The notes below the pieces were generated by a model. That model was not told where the DNA came from and did no database searches. It saw only the letters and a program-made list of their open reading frames with translations. A program made the translations under genes and the position numbers. Source: Abditibacteriaceae bacterium (lineage in GTDB: Bacteria > Armatimonadota > Abditibacteriia > Abditibacteriales > Abditibacteriaceae). Taken from it: DNA of 64,000 nucleotides. Shown in pieces: positions 30,551 through 41,050 of this stretch. Location of the stretch: positions 1,664,001 to 1,728,000 of the forward strand of contig OZ255721.1 in the NCBI GenBank assembly GCA_965277285.1. Reading direction: 5' to 3'. Each line of letters begins with the position of its first letter. Positions within the stretch are counted from its first letter, which is position 1.

Positions 30551-31039
30551 CTACTCAACAAACGTCAGCACGGCTTGCGGCGCAGCGTCGCCACGACGAC
30601 CCGGCATTTTCGTGATGCGCGTATAACCGCCGTTTCCGCCCGGCGCGTCTTTGGCGCGATCACGATAGCGCGGCGCGATGTCGTTGAACAACTTCGCCAA
30701 AATTTCGCGTTCGGGATGTTCGGCTTCACGATACGCGCGCACGTTGACATTCTTGCGAATCGCCGTCGGATTGTTGGCGCGGCGCTTTTCAAATTGCACT
30801 TTGCTTTCGTTCGCGGCGGGTGGCTTCTGAATGAAACGCTCGACAAAGCGGCGATTGGCGACCGTATCGACTTTCGCTTTGGTAATCAGCTTTTCAGCCA
30901 CCGCGCGCACTTCTTTAGCGCGTGCTTCGGTCGTGATCAGGCGTTCGTGCATGAACAACGCTTGCACCTGGTTCTTCAGCAAAGCGATCCGTTGATCGGT
31001 CGGCTTATTTAGCTTGCGATGAGCTACTCTGTGTCGCAT
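30551..31039 (-). CDS. rplQ: 50S ribosomal protein L17 with internal insertion
   Basis: MRHR..RKL, ITTEARAKE, GGYTRI.K...RRGDAA. Confidence 0.96.
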   Translation of the reverse strand: MRHRVAHRKLNKPTDQRIALLKNQVQALFMHERLITTEARAKEVRAVAEKLITKAKVDTVANRRFVERFIQKPPAANESKVQFEKRRANNPTAIRKNVNVRAYREAEHPEREILAKLFNDIAPRYRDRAKDAPGGNGGYTRITKMPGRRGDAAPQAVLTFVE

Positions 31040-31061
31040 ATTTCCCTCAACGAGTACTCGA

Positions 31062-32036
31062 TTAAACTTCCAACTCTTCCATCGGGGCCGAAGCCGGCGA
31101 CGGACGCAAGTCAAAGCCGTACTCTTTCAATTTATCTCGCACTTCGTCATAAGATTTCTGACCAAAGTTGCGAATGTTCATTAATTCGTCTTCTGTGTAA
31201 TTGCGCAGTTCATCCAACGTCTCGATGCCCTGGCGTTTCAAGCAATTGTAAGTGCGAACCGAGAAATCCAGGTCATCGACCTTGATGTCGCGCGCACGGT
31301 TGTTGTCCGTCGCACCCGCATCAAACGCCGCAACTTCCGCCGTATCGCCGACTTCCAGGAACAATTGCAAGTATTCCGTCAGGATACGTGCCGCTTGTCC
31401 GACCGCCGTTCCTGGCGAAAGCGCGCCATTGGTTGAAACTTCCAAAACCAAACGATCCAGTTCGGTTTGCTGACCGACGCGCGTCGGCTCGACAAAGTAA
31501 TTGACGCGCGTGACCGGCGAATAAATCGCGTCGATGGCCAGCGTGCCAATAGTTTTGCTACGTTCCTGCAGACCGGAAGGAACATAACCTTTGCCCGACT
31601 CAATCGTCAAAACCGCATCGAAACGCGCATCGGCGCGCGACAATGTGGCGATTGTTTTTTCCGGCGAAACGATTTGCAAATTGGGCGGCAATTGAACGTC
31701 CGCGCCCGTGATACGACCTTCACCTTGCTTGTCGATGCGCGCTGTAACCGGCCCTTCCAAGCGCCCGTTCAGCGATTTGACTGAAATTTCCTTCAAGTTC
31801 AGCACGACTTCCATCATGTCTTCCACGACGCCCGGCATCGTAGAAAACTCGTGCTGCACGCCCTGCACTTGCACGGCGGTAATCGCCACGCCCTCGATGG
31901 AGGACAGCAACACGCGACGCAGACTGGCGCCCAGCGTGTGACCGTAACCTTTATCCAACGGGTCAATAGCGAACTTTCCGTAACGCTCTTGTTGTTGCAG
32001 TACTCGAATGCGCGGTTGATTGGGAGAATTAAACAT
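31062..32036 (-). CDS. rpoA: RNA polymerase alpha subunit
   Basis: PL.KGYGHTLG..LRRVLLSS, HEFST, SVRTYNCLKR, RNFGQKS. Confidence 0.97.
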   Translation of the reverse strand: MFNSPNQPRIRVLQQQERYGKFAIDPLDKGYGHTLGASLRRVLLSSIEGVAITAVQVQGVQHEFSTMPGVVEDMMEVVLNLKEISVKSLNGRLEGPVTARIDKQGEGRITGADVQLPPNLQIVSPEKTIATLSRADARFDAVLTIESGKGYVPSGLQERSKTIGTLAIDAIYSPVTRVNYFVEPTRVGQQTELDRLVLEVSTNGALSPGTAVGQAARILTEYLQLFLEVGDTAEVAAFDAGATDNNRARDIKVDDLDFSVRTYNCLKRQGIETLDELRNYTEDELMNIRNFGQKSYDEVRDKLKEYGFDLRPSPASAPMEELEV

Positions 32037-32150
32037 AGTTAAAAAGTGACCGCCACTCCGTCCGGCATAATTTCCGACAGTCCCGACAATTTTCGACAAA
32101 AAAGGCCACCGTTCGCGCGCCAAAGGCAAGCGCAAGCAGCGGCCAAGACG

Positions 32151-32768
32151 TTAACGCGAATAGTATTCAACGATGAGCTGTTCGCTGATGCCAGGTTCGG
32201 CATCTTCGCGGCGTGGCAAAGCCAAAACTTCGCCGCTCAGCGACGCCGCATCGAAGCGCAGCCACGCCGGAACGCGACGATTCGGCTGCCCGTTTTCCAA
32301 CAAATCCTTGAAATAAGGACGGTTGCGCGAACCCGCTTTCACCGAAATCTTATCGCCCGAGTTCACCGTATAAGAAGCGATGTCAACCGGCTTGCCATTC
32401 ACCGTAATATGACCGTGATTGACGATCTGGCGCGCCTGCTGACGCGTTTTGCCCAAACCTAAACGATAAACCGCGTTGTCCAGGCGACGTTCCAGCAAGC
32501 TGAAGAAGTTCGCGCCGGTTTCGCCGGTTTCGCGCTTGGCGTGCTCAAAAGTGCGGCGAAACTGCTTTTCCAACATTCCATAGGTGTAGCGCGCCTTCTG
32601 CTTTTCGGCCAAACGCAGCGCATAATCCGATTGCTTTTTCTGACGCGCGTTCGGGCCGTGCATTCCCGGAGCAAACGGGCGCTTTTGCAAAATGCGCTCG
32701 CCCTTTTCCGAAATACCAAATCCCAAACGACGGCTGACTTTTCCGACAGGTCCACGATAACGAGCCAT
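32151..32768 (-). CDS. rpsD: 30S ribosomal protein S4 (no Zn-binding cysteines)
   Basis: [25 protein letters not shown]. Confidence 0.98.
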   Translation of the reverse strand: MARYRGPVGKVSRRLGFGISEKGERILQKRPFAPGMHGPNARQKKQSDYALRLAEKQKARYTYGMLEKQFRRTFEHAKRETGETGANFFSLLERRLDNAVYRLGLGKTRQQARQIVNHGHITVNGKPVDIASYTVNSGDKISVKAGSRNRPYFKDLLENGQPNRRVPAWLRFDAASLSGEVLALPRREDAEPGISEQLIVEYYSR

Positions 32769-32915
32769 AACGAACAGTTCTCCTCACGACAACACCAACA
32801 CTCTTTCTTCTTATCGAGTACTAGATTGGCGCCCGAAAGACGCCAACAAGCCGCGATTCAGCCTTATCAAAGGCGTTGACTTCTCTCGCGTTTTGCGAAA
32901 GTTTGAAGCCGCGAA

Positions 32916-33299
32916 CTAAACGCGGCGACGTTTGCGCGGGCGGCAGCCGTTGTGCGGCATCGGCGTGCAATCGCGGATGTTGCCGATCTCGAGACCGGCA
33001 GCCTGCAACGCGCGGATCGCGGTCTCGCGTCCCGAACCCGGGCCTTTGACGAACACATCGACGCGACGCATTCCCGCATCCATCGCGCGACGCGCCACAT
33101 TTTGCGCCGCGACTTGCGCCGCGAACGGCGTGCCTTTTTTCGTGCCCTTGAAACCAACCGTGCCAGCCGACGACCAACCAAACGAGTTGCCTTCGCCATC
33201 AGTCAAGGTCACAATCGTGTTATTAAACGTGCTCTGAATGTAGGCCTGACCTTTGGCCGCCGCTTTCTTTGCCTTACGCGATGTACGTGCTTCTGCCAT
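32916..33299 (-). CDS. rpsK: 30S ribosomal protein S11
   Basis: [29 protein letters not shown]. Confidence 0.98.
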   Translation of the reverse strand: MAEARTSRKAKKAAAKGQAYIQSTFNNTIVTLTDGEGNSFGWSSAGTVGFKGTKKGTPFAAQVAAQNVARRAMDAGMRRVDVFVKGPGSGRETAIRALQAAGLEIGNIRDCTPMPHNGCRPRKRRRV

Positions 33300-33369
33300 T
33301 TCTTCTCCGATGCTTCACTTAATCACCATGCGACAAAGTTCTCTTATCGAGTACTCGATTCGCGGGAAA

Positions 33370-33744
33370 TTACTTCTTGCTGCGCTTGACGCCGACGGTT
33401 TTGCGCGGGCCTTTGCGCGTGCGCGCATTGGTCTTGGTGCGTTGACCGCGAACTGGCAAGCCGCGACGATGACGCACGCCGCGATACGAACCAATTTCGA
33501 TCAAGCGCTTGATGCTGCCGTTGACTTCGCGGCGCAGATCGCCTTCAACGCGATAATCGGCTTCGATAATTTCGCGCAGGCGCGACGCATCAGTTTCGCT
33601 GAGTTCGCGGACGCGCGTGTCGGGATTAATGCCCGCCACTTCTAAAATGCGCTTCGCCGATGTCGGTCCGATGCCGTAAACATAGGTCAGCGCCGTTTCA
33701 ATTCGCTTGTCGCGGGGTAAATCAATCCCGGAAATACGTGCCAT
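33370..33744 (-). CDS. rpsM: 30S ribosomal protein S13
   Basis: [28 protein letters not shown]. Confidence 0.98.
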   Translation of the reverse strand: MARISGIDLPRDKRIETALTYVYGIGPTSAKRILEVAGINPDTRVRELSETDASRLREIIEADYRVEGDLRREVNGSIKRLIEIGSYRGVRHRRGLPVRGQRTKTNARTRKGPRKTVGVKRSKK

Positions 33745-33752
33745 AACTCTCC

Positions 33753-33818
33753 AGTGATGAGCCATGAGCGATGAGGACTGAGTGAAAACTCATTGCTCAT
33801 CGCTCAACGCTCATTGCT
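33753..33818. repeat. Inverted heptamer-periodic repeat hairpin
   Basis: gatgagc/catgagc units mirrored by ctcattg/ctcatcg units. Confidence 0.7.
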
Positions 33819-33822
33819 TCTT

Positions 33823-33936
33823 TTAGCCTTGACGCTGCTTGTGCTTCTTGGTCGTGCAAATCACTAAAATCTTGCCGTGACGCTTGATGACACGGCAGTT
33901 TTCGCAACGCGGCTTGACGGATGCGCGAACTTTCAT
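33823..33936 (-). CDS. rpmJ: 50S ribosomal protein L36 (not in ORF track)
   Basis: Manual translation [37 protein letters not shown]. Confidence 0.97.
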   Translation of the reverse strand: MKVRASVKPRCENCRVIKRHGKILVICTTKKHKQRQG

Positions 33937-33955
33937 AATGCCCTCTTTTCAACCT

Positions 33956-34174
33956 TTATTTATAGCGATACATAATGCGGCCACGCGTCAAGTCGTTGAC
34001 ATTAAGTTCCAACAACACGCGGTCACCTGGCAAAATGCGGATGAAGTTGCGGCGAATGTTGCCCGAAACATGGGCTAAAACTTCATGACCGTTTTCCAAT
34101 TCGACACGAAACATTGCGTTCGGCAACGTCTCGCGCACGGTTCCTTCGACTTCAACACCCTTTTCTTTCGCCAT
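33956..34174 (-). CDS. infA: Translation initiation factor IF-1
   Basis: [26 protein letters not shown]. Confidence 0.98.
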   Translation of the reverse strand: MAKEKGVEVEGTVRETLPNAMFRVELENGHEVLAHVSGNIRRNFIRILPGDRVLLELNVNDLTRGRIMYRYK

Positions 34175-34293
34175 CGTTCTCCAATTTCCAACTGCTAAAA
34201 ACTCGACTTAAACGCTTTGGACACGCTCTTTCGAGTACTCGATTCGCCGCTTTGGAGGTTTCACACCAATCGTTTGCGGCAAACCTCGCAATT

Positions 34294-34950
34294 CTAACAC
34301 AAATCGCCCAGCTCGCGCAACCCTTCGCGCACGCGAATTCCAACTTCTTCGCGTGTCCCTACACCCGACACGCTTTTCAAAATACCACGCTCGGCGAAGA
34401 ACGCCAGAACCGGCTGCGTAATGCGTGCATAAACAGAAAGCCGATGCCTTACCGTCGAAGGCTGATCGTCGCTGCGCACTACTAAGGGCGTGCGACAAAT
34501 ATCGCAAACTCCCATCTGGCGTGGCGGCTTTGTCGTCAAGTGATAAACCGCGTTGCATTCGGGACACACAATGCGCCCGACCGCACGCTCGACAATTTTC
34601 TTGTCCGGCACTTCAATGTTGATAACCGCGTTGATTGGTCGCTGCAACTCTCCCAACATCGTTTCCAGTGCGGCAGCTTGCGGCAGCGTGCGCGGATAAC
34701 CATCTAAAACGAAACCCGTCGCGTCGCGCGCCTGCAAACGCTTCCGCATCACTTCATTGACAACTTCATCCGGCACCAGATTTCCGTGCGCAATAAACGA
34801 ACGCGCCAGTTGTCCCAGTTCCGACTCCGACGCCATCTCCGCCCGGAACAAATCGCCGGTCGCAATATGCGGCACACCAACTTCCTCCGCCAGCGTCACG
34901 CCTTGCGTCCCCTTCCCGCTTCCCGGCGGCCCCATCAGAACGATTCGCAT
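34294..34950 (-). CDS. adk: Adenylate kinase (Zn-lid type)
   Basis: GPPGSGKGTQ, LDGYPRT, CPEC..CDIC. Confidence 0.97.
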   Translation of the reverse strand: MRIVLMGPPGSGKGTQGVTLAEEVGVPHIATGDLFRAEMASESELGQLARSFIAHGNLVPDEVVNEVMRKRLQARDATGFVLDGYPRTLPQAAALETMLGELQRPINAVINIEVPDKKIVERAVGRIVCPECNAVYHLTTKPPRQMGVCDICRTPLVVRSDDQPSTVRHRLSVYARITQPVLAFFAERGILKSVSGVGTREEVGIRVREGLRELGDLC

Positions 34951-35066
34951 ATCATTAGGACGTGGCAGTCAGCAGGAAACAGATCGAGTACTCGAATTTG
35001 AAACCGCGTCGCTAAAATGTGCAACGCTCCAACTGCCTTTTGTTTCCTGCCACTGCCTCCTGCCGC

Positions 35067-36386
35067 TCATCGTCCGCGATTCATCTGCTTGGCCAAACCT
35101 TCATACTGGCGCATCTTCAACTGCTGATCCAGGTTCTGCATGATTTCCAATGCCACGCCAACCACGATCAACAAACTCGTGCCGCCCACCAGCGTGATGC
35201 CGCCAGCGCCCGACAGACCGAGCATCGAAGGAACCCACCACTGCATCAGCGCGACTGCCGCCAAAAACACACCACCCGCAAAGGTGATCTTGGTGAGCAC
35301 ACGTTCGATGTAAAGCTGCGTTGGGCGACCAGGCGCATAACCTTGAATCTGCCCGCCGTATTTCTTCAAGTTGTCCGCAAGGTCACGAGTATCGAAAATG
35401 ACCGCCGTGTAGAAATAGGTAAATCCCATTACCAATGCAGCGTACAAAATCGAGGCGACAAAACTATGCGGCGAAAAAATACCTTGAATCCAACTGCAAA
35501 ATGTGACCAATCCACTGGCATCCGTTTTGTGACCGTTCAGATACCATTGCGCGATTTGCCCGGGGAAAAGCACAATCGAGACCGCGAAGATAATCGGAAT
35601 TACGCCCGCCGCCGCCATCTTCAGCGGCAAGTGTGAACGCTGCGCCTGCACCATGCGGCGTCCAGCCTGACGTGCCGCGTATTTCACAGCGATGCGACGT
35701 TCGCCCTGCGTCACGGCAATAATTGCCACAACGGTCAAAACGAAGACGGCGATCAAAGCCAGAACTTGCCAGATCGACGCGGTTTGCAAGGTTTGCCACA
35801 TCTGCTGCGGCAAGCGGTTAACAATTCCCGCGAAGATGATGAACGAAATGCCGTTGCCAACACCTTTTTCCGTGATCTGCTCGCCCAGCCAAATCAGAAA
35901 CATCGTGCCAGCCGTCAGAGTGAGAACGGTTTCAAAGAACTGCGAAGGATTATTAGGAATGACACCCGCCGCCATAAAACCTTTGGCCGCAACGCTCGCT
36001 TGAATCAACGTCAAGCCGATAGCTGCCCAGCGCGTCCACTGCGCCATCTTGCGGCGGCCGTATTCGCCTTCGCGCTGCAATTCCTTGAAGTAAGGGAACG
36101 CAATCGTCAGAATCTGAAAGACGATACTCGACGTAATATACGGCATAATGCCCAGCGCCAAAACCGATAATTTTGACAGCGCGCCGCCGCCGAAAATATC
36201 CAGGAAACCCAGAATTCCCGCGCCGCTACTATTAAATAGGTTCTTCAACGCCTCCTGATTGATGTTCGGCACCACGACGTGCAACGCGGTGACGTACGCC
36301 AGCATCGCGCCCAAGACGAACAACAAACGATTGCGCAATTCCGGCACGCGCCACGACAAAATCAACGGTTCTAAAGCTTTTCTCAT
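35067..36386 (-). CDS. secY: Preprotein translocase SecY
   Basis: ALGIMPYITSSI, GEQITEKGVGNGIS, GVIPIIFA, GGTSLLIVVGV. Confidence 0.98.
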   Translation of the reverse strand: MRKALEPLILSWRVPELRNRLLFVLGAMLAYVTALHVVVPNINQEALKNLFNSSGAGILGFLDIFGGGALSKLSVLALGIMPYITSSIVFQILTIAFPYFKELQREGEYGRRKMAQWTRWAAIGLTLIQASVAAKGFMAAGVIPNNPSQFFETVLTLTAGTMFLIWLGEQITEKGVGNGISFIIFAGIVNRLPQQMWQTLQTASIWQVLALIAVFVLTVVAIIAVTQGERRIAVKYAARQAGRRMVQAQRSHLPLKMAAAGVIPIIFAVSIVLFPGQIAQWYLNGHKTDASGLVTFCSWIQGIFSPHSFVASILYAALVMGFTYFYTAVIFDTRDLADNLKKYGGQIQGYAPGRPTQLYIERVLTKITFAGGVFLAAVALMQWWVPSMLGLSGAGGITLVGGTSLLIVVGVALEIMQNLDQQLKMRQYEGLAKQMNRGR

Positions 36387-36422
36387 GGGATGCTACTTGA
36401 TTTACAGCAATTAAGAACACAC

Positions 36423-36494
36423 AACGAACCAGAAGCGTAAGCAAGGGAGATTCGAGTACTGAATATCTCCCTTGCTCACGCTTCGGGTTCGTTG
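36423..36494. repeat. REP-like inverted repeat, family A; degenerate palindrome in the loop
   Basis: aacgaaccagaagcgtaagcaagggagat ... atctcccttgctcacgcttcgggttcgtt. Confidence 0.85.
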
Positions 36495-36496
36495 AA

Positions 36497-36979
36497 TTAC
36501 GCTTCGACTGTTTCGCCGATAATTTCAGCGGTTCCGCCAGCAGCTTCGATTTTCTCGCGCGCTGTTTCGGAAAAATGAATCGCGCGAACGGTCAGGGCGA
36601 CGTTCAATTCGCCAAAACCAAGAACGCGCAGTCCATCATTGCGGCCTTTGACGATGCCAGCGGCGCGTAATTGCGCCGCATCGACAACGGTTCCCGCCGC
36701 GATTTTGCTCAACTGGTGCATATTGACGACGCCGTAATGCTTACGTGTCATGCCGATTGGCATCGCGCCTTTGCCTTTGCCACGCAATTTGGGCAGTCGG
36801 CGATGCAGCGGCGTTTGTCCGCCTTCAAAGCCGGGCACGACGTGGTTACGAGCGCCCTGACCTTTTTGGCCACGCGTCGAAGTTTTGCCGTGTCCCGAGC
36901 CAATGCCACGCCCGACGCGTTTGCGAGCTTTGCGCGCGCCTTTGCCCGGACGCAGGTTTGTCAGTGTTAAAAGTTCCAT
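36497..36979 (-). CDS. rplO: 50S ribosomal protein L15
   Basis: RVGRGIGSGHGKT, FEGGQTPL.RRLPK. Confidence 0.97.
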   Translation of the reverse strand: MELLTLTNLRPGKGARKARKRVGRGIGSGHGKTSTRGQKGQGARNHVVPGFEGGQTPLHRRLPKLRGKGKGAMPIGMTRKHYGVVNMHQLSKIAAGTVVDAAQLRAAGIVKGRNDGLRVLGFGELNVALTVRAIHFSETAREKIEAAGGTAEIIGETVEA

Positions 36980-37023
36980 TTCTCTTTCCTGTACGGGCGA
37001 TCCAGTGGATTGCCCGTACGATG

Positions 37024-37224
37024 TTACGCATTCTCGGTGACTTCAAGCAGGTGCTTCACTTTGAAGACCATGCCGCGCACACTATCGTTGGCGGGCAGGT
37101 TGACGACCGCGCCCACCTTGCGCAGTCCGAGAGCGGCCACGGTCGCCTTCTGGCTTTTTTCGAAACCGATCGGGCTTTTCTTCAGCTTGATACTCAATGA
37201 CGGGTTCTGGCTGTCTTGGCTCAT
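37024..37224 (-). CDS. rpmD: 50S ribosomal protein L30
   Basis: [29 protein letters not shown]. Confidence 0.95.
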   Translation of the reverse strand: MSQDSQNPSLSIKLKKSPIGFEKSQKATVAALGLRKVGAVVNLPANDSVRGMVFKVKHLLEVTENA

Positions 37225-37756
37225 ACAAACTCGCTTCCTTCAAAATGGCGGGAATCGCCAGGTCGTTCAACTGTTTGCCACGTCGCTTGGCCACATCGGG
37301 CGCCTTCTGCAACGATTTCAAACCTTCCAAAGTCGCATAAACCGTGTTCGTCGCGTTCGAGGAACCCAGCGATTTGGTCAAAATATCTTTGATGCCCGCC
37401 GCTTCCAAAACCGCGCGCGTCGCAGGCCCAGCAATAACGCCAGTTCCTGGAGCGGCCGGCTTCAACAAAACACGCGCCGCGCCCATGCGACCGATAATCA
37501 TGTGCGGAATCGTGCTGTTCAGCAACGGGATTTCGATCAAGTTCTTGCGCGCACGCTGCGAACCTTTGGTAATCGAATCCGGCACGCTGGCCGATTTGCC
37601 CATGCCAACACCGACGTGGCCATTGCCGTCGCCCACGACGACAAGACTCGAAAAACGGCGCTTGCGCCCGCCCTTCACCGTTTTTGAAACCGGCTTCAAT
37701 TGCACGGTTTTTTCAATTTTTAATGCGTCCGGATCAACTGTTTGAAATCTCGCCAC
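37082..37756 (-). CDS. rpsE: 30S ribosomal protein S5; frame runs 143 nt into rpmD
   Basis: VKGGR...[25 protein letters not shown] start after GGAG. Confidence 0.93.
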   Translation of the reverse strand: MARFQTVDPDALKIEKTVQLKPVSKTVKGGRKRRFSSLVVVGDGNGHVGVGMGKSASVPDSITKGSQRARKNLIEIPLLNSTIPHMIIGRMGAARVLLKPAAPGTGVIAGPATRAVLEAAGIKDILTKSLGSSNATNTVYATLEGLKSLQKAPDVAKRRGKQLNDLAIPAILKEASLYEPRQPEPVIEYQAEEKPDRFRKKPEGDRGRSRTAQGGRGRQPARQR

Positions 37757-37764
37757 GTAAAACT

Positions 37765-37843
37765 CCAGTGATGAGTGATGAGTATTGAGCGATGAGTTCG
37801 AGTACTCGATTGCACTCGTCACTTCTCACTTGTCACTCGCCAC
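37765..37843. repeat. Inverted heptamer-periodic repeat with palindrome at the centre
   Basis: gtgatgagtgatgagtattgagcgatgag-[TCGAGTACTCGA]-ctcgtcacttctcacttgtcactcgccac. Confidence 0.7.
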
Positions 37844-38212
37844 TTAAAATGCCAATCCGCCTTCACGAGCGGCTTCTGCAAACTCTTTGATCGAACCGTG
37901 ATAACGGTTGCCGTTGCGGTCGAAAACCGCGCTGTCGATGCCCTTTTCTTTGGCACGCTGCGCAATCGCCAATCCAACAACTTTGGCCGCCGCGCAACTG
38001 CCCTTGCCGCCTTCGACCTGCGCCGCGATTTCGCTTTGCAACGTCGTCGCCGCTGCGACCGTGACACCTGCCACATCGTCAATCAATTGCGCGTGAATAT
38101 GTTTCAGCGTGCGATTGACGCACAAACGCGGACGCTGCGCCGTACCTTTGACTTTCTGGCGCAAGCGCAAGTGGCGGCGCACACGCATATCATTCAACGA
38201 ACGTTTAGCCAT
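37844..38212 (-). CDS. rplR: 50S ribosomal protein L18
   Basis: GTAQRPRL.V.R, AQLIDD, VFDRNG.RYHG. Confidence 0.97.
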   Translation of the reverse strand: MAKRSLNDMRVRRHLRLRQKVKGTAQRPRLCVNRTLKHIHAQLIDDVAGVTVAAATTLQSEIAAQVEGGKGSCAAAKVVGLAIAQRAKEKGIDSAVFDRNGNRYHGSIKEFAEAAREGGLAF

Positions 38213-38302
38213 AATTCCTCACCGTTATCCACCAGCGATGCGCCCGTGAAGTCGGTTCTTACCTTTATAATCGAGTACTCGATACAACAACTTCAGACGT
38301 CT

Positions 38303-38366
38303 GTAGGACGACCCTTGTGGTCGCCCTCATTCGCCAAATCAGGGCAACCAAAAGGGTCTCCCCTAC
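38303..38366. repeat. GTAG-type REP doublet
   Basis: gtaggacgacccttgtggtcgccct ... agggcaaccaaaagggtctcccctac. Confidence 0.75.
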
Positions 38367-38370
38367 GAAC

Positions 38371-38946
38371 TTACTTTTTCTTGCCTTCCGTCTTGCCCTG
38401 CTTGCGCTTGACGAACTCGCCCTGATAGCGCAAACCCTTGCCTTTGTACGGCTCGACAGGACGGCGTCCGCGCACGTCGGCTGCGAAATCACCCAAAGCC
38501 TGACGGTTATGCGAGCGCAACGTAATCGTCGAGGCCAGAAAGCCGTTTTCCGTCGTCGGCGTCGAAGAAGTCGATTCCGCCGTGACGCCTTCGGGCAACG
38601 GCAAATTGACAGGATGCGAATAACCCAGTGCCATGTTCAACGCTTTGGGTGTCGCTTCAGCACGATAACCAACGCCGCGCAGTTCCAGCACTTTGGCGAA
38701 ACCTTCGCCCGCGCCGACAACCGCGTTGTTGAGCAAAGCGCGCGTCAGGCCGTGCAGCGACTTATGTTTCGTCGAATCGCTGGGACGCGAAACGACCAGT
38801 TGGCCGTCCTGCTGCTCGACTGTAATTTCGGGATTAATCGGCGTCGTGTTAGTGCCTTTCGGCCCTTTCACATACGCCACGCCCTCTTTGATTTCAACTG
38901 TGACGCCCTTGGGAAGTGTAATGGGCGCGCGTCCAATTCGTGACAT
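38371..38946 (-). CDS. rplF: 50S ribosomal protein L6
   Basis: MSRIG, GVGYRA, EPYKGKG. Confidence 0.97.
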   Translation of the reverse strand: MSRIGRAPITLPKGVTVEIKEGVAYVKGPKGTNTTPINPEITVEQQDGQLVVSRPSDSTKHKSLHGLTRALLNNAVVGAGEGFAKVLELRGVGYRAEATPKALNMALGYSHPVNLPLPEGVTAESTSSTPTTENGFLASTITLRSHNRQALGDFAADVRGRRPVEPYKGKGLRYQGEFVKRKQGKTEGKKK

Positions 38947-38960
38947 AGTTTCTCTCCGTC

Positions 38961-39503
38961 CTATAACGTCCGCGAAAACGGGCTACTCGCCCCTTGCGCT
39001 TCCGATTTCTGCTTTTGTTCCCAACTCGACCAATACTTCAAACCACGCGGCAAAATGAAAAACAAATCGACCAGCACAGTTCCCATCGCAAAAGGCGCAA
39101 AATCTCTGATGGACGCGCCCATAAAAAAGAGCGCCAAACCATAAATGGTGCAAGCTTCCGCTAACGCCAAAGCGACGATAGATTGAGTTTGGAACTCACT
39201 TGGCGACATCACTTGAACTGTGAAGGCTCCGAAAGTCGATACATCGCCAATTTTGCCGTTGGTCTTCAGGTACATCCAGCCGATAGATGCCAGCAAAGTA
39301 ACGACGGCCATCGCTGTAAACATCCAGCGCAAAACATCGGCAGGCGGCTTGGGCGCACTTTGCGCATGAGCAGTTCGGCCTTGTGCAATGAAGAAACAAA
39401 CCAAGCCATACATCGCTACAGAACCAACAATCGCGGCGAAGATTATCAGCCAAGTTTGTCGATTTGTTTGCGTCTGAACGCCTGACTTACCATTCATCGC
39501 CAT
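38961..39503 (-). CDS. Hypothetical 4-TM membrane protein inserted in the spc operon
   Basis: Four hydrophobic segments, IVALALAEACTIYGL. Confidence 0.75.
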   Translation of the reverse strand: MAMNGKSGVQTQTNRQTWLIIFAAIVGSVAMYGLVCFFIAQGRTAHAQSAPKPPADVLRWMFTAMAVVTLLASIGWMYLKTNGKIGDVSTFGAFTVQVMSPSEFQTQSIVALALAEACTIYGLALFFMGASIRDFAPFAMGTVLVDLFFILPRGLKYWSSWEQKQKSEAQGASSPFSRTL

Positions 39504-39525
39504 AATCGAGTACTCGAAACGACGT

Positions 39526-39921
39526 TTAATACACTTTCGCCAGCAGTTCCCCGCCGACTCCGGCGCGTTTGGCGGCGCGGTCGGTTAAGACGCCGCGCGG
39601 TGTGGACAAAATTGCCACGCCCAGGCCGCCCAGAACGCGCTCGATGTCGCTTTTGCCGACATAAATGCGGCGTCCCGGCTTCGAGACACGCTCGATGTGC
39701 TGGATGATGCGCTCGCGCGTATCGGTATAGCGCATCGTGACTTTGATGCGGCCCTGCTTGTCATCGGGCTGCACTTCGTAATCGCCGATGTAGCCTTCTT
39801 CTTTCAAAATGCGCGCGATCTCGACTTTAATCTTCGAGGCCGGTTGCGACACTTCGGCATGGCGCGCTGTATTCGCGTTGCGAATCGCCGTCAAAAAATC
39901 GGCAATGGGATCTGTCTGCAT
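39526..39921 (-). CDS. rpsH: 30S ribosomal protein S8
   Basis: TDPIADFLT.IRNA, RVSKPGRR.Y, ILSTPRG. Confidence 0.98.
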   Translation of the reverse strand: MQTDPIADFLTAIRNANTARHAEVSQPASKIKVEIARILKEEGYIGDYEVQPDDKQGRIKVTMRYTDTRERIIQHIERVSKPGRRIYVGKSDIERVLGGLGVAILSTPRGVLTDRAAKRAGVGGELLAKVY

Positions 39922-39940
39922 CGTTCTGTTTTCCTCTTGC

Positions 39941-40135
39941 TTACCACGAGCTTTTCGTCACGCCGGGAACCAAACCGCGATGGCTCATGCCACGGAAACA
40001 AATGCGGCAAATGCCGAACTTGCGCATATAACCGCGCGGGCGTCCGCACAGATTACAGCGATTCTTCACGCGCGTGCTAAACTTCGGGTTCGCGTTCAAA
40101 CGCTTGGTTTTGGCGATCTGACTTGTCTTGGCCAT
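39941..40135 (-). CDS. rpsN: 30S ribosomal protein S14, Zn-binding (type Z)
   Basis: [25 protein letters not shown]. Confidence 0.97.
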   Translation of the reverse strand: MAKTSQIAKTKRLNANPKFSTRVKNRCNLCGRPRGYMRKFGICRICFRGMSHRGLVPGVTKSSW

Positions 40136-40178
40136 TGTTATTCCTAATCGTTTTGTCGAATCGAGTACTCGATTCTCT

Positions 40179-40760
40179 TTACTCGCTCATCAATTCCTGC
40201 GCGGTCGCTTCGCCCGCCGCTTTCTTCATCGGCAAGCCCAAGTGACGCAACAGGAAACGTGCTTCGTCGTCGTTTTGCGCGCTGGTCACAAACGTGATGT
40301 CCATGCCGCGCGTCTTGACAACGTTATCCACATTAATTTCCGGGAAGATGAGCTGCTCGCGCACGCCCATCGAAAAATTGCCGCGCCCGTCAAAGCTCTT
40401 ATCGGAAACGCCCTGGAAGTCGCGGATTCGAGGCAGCGCCGCATGAATCAGGCGATGCACGAATTCCCACATCCGGTCGCCGCGCAAAGTAACAACGCAG
40501 CCAATCGGCATTCCTTCGCGGATTTTGAAGTTGGCGATGGATTTCTTCGCGCGGCGAATCGACGGCTTCTGGCCAGTAATCGTCGCCAGATCGGTCGCAG
40601 CCGCGTCAATCAACTTGGCGTCGTCTTTGGCGTCACCGACGCCCATGTTGACGACAACCTTTTCCAGCCGAGGCACCCGCATCATGTTACTGTAATTGAA
40701 TTGCTTCTGCAATGCCTCGATCACGGATTTTTCGTAATGTTCTTTCAGTTGCGGTGTCAT
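40179..40760 (-). CDS. rplE: 50S ribosomal protein L5
   Basis: [30 protein letters not shown]. Confidence 0.97.
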   Translation of the reverse strand: MTPQLKEHYEKSVIEALQKQFNYSNMMRVPRLEKVVVNMGVGDAKDDAKLIDAAATDLATITGQKPSIRRAKKSIANFKIREGMPIGCVVTLRGDRMWEFVHRLIHAALPRIRDFQGVSDKSFDGRGNFSMGVREQLIFPEINVDNVVKTRGMDITFVTSAQNDDEARFLLRHLGLPMKKAAGEATAQELMSE

Positions 40761-40892
40761 TTCTTCCTCAAAGACAACGCGCTGCAAATCGAACTGTCGC
40801 TCTCAGGGTTTTCGCCTGTTCGAGTACTCGATTCACTCTCGCCGTCTTCGTTAATTCGTTTGCATGTGTCGCGTACCAGCGACTTTCTACTT

Positions 40893-41045
40893 TGCCAGCG
40901 AGTGAACTCGCGGCTGAGCGGCTTTTGCCGCGTCGTCGGCCTACGCCGACGAAAAACATTCGCAGTCTTGCGTCGACGCAGGCCGATCCGCCTAAGGGCA
41001 CCCGCGTTGCGCAGCAACGCCCAGCCGCGAGTTCACTCGCAGGCA
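40893..41045. mobile_element. MITE/REPIN-like element between rplX and rplE
   Basis: Terminal inverted repeat gcgagtgaactcgcggctg / cagccgcgagttcactcgc with internal hairpins. Confidence 0.6.
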
Positions 41046-41050
41046 TTGTC

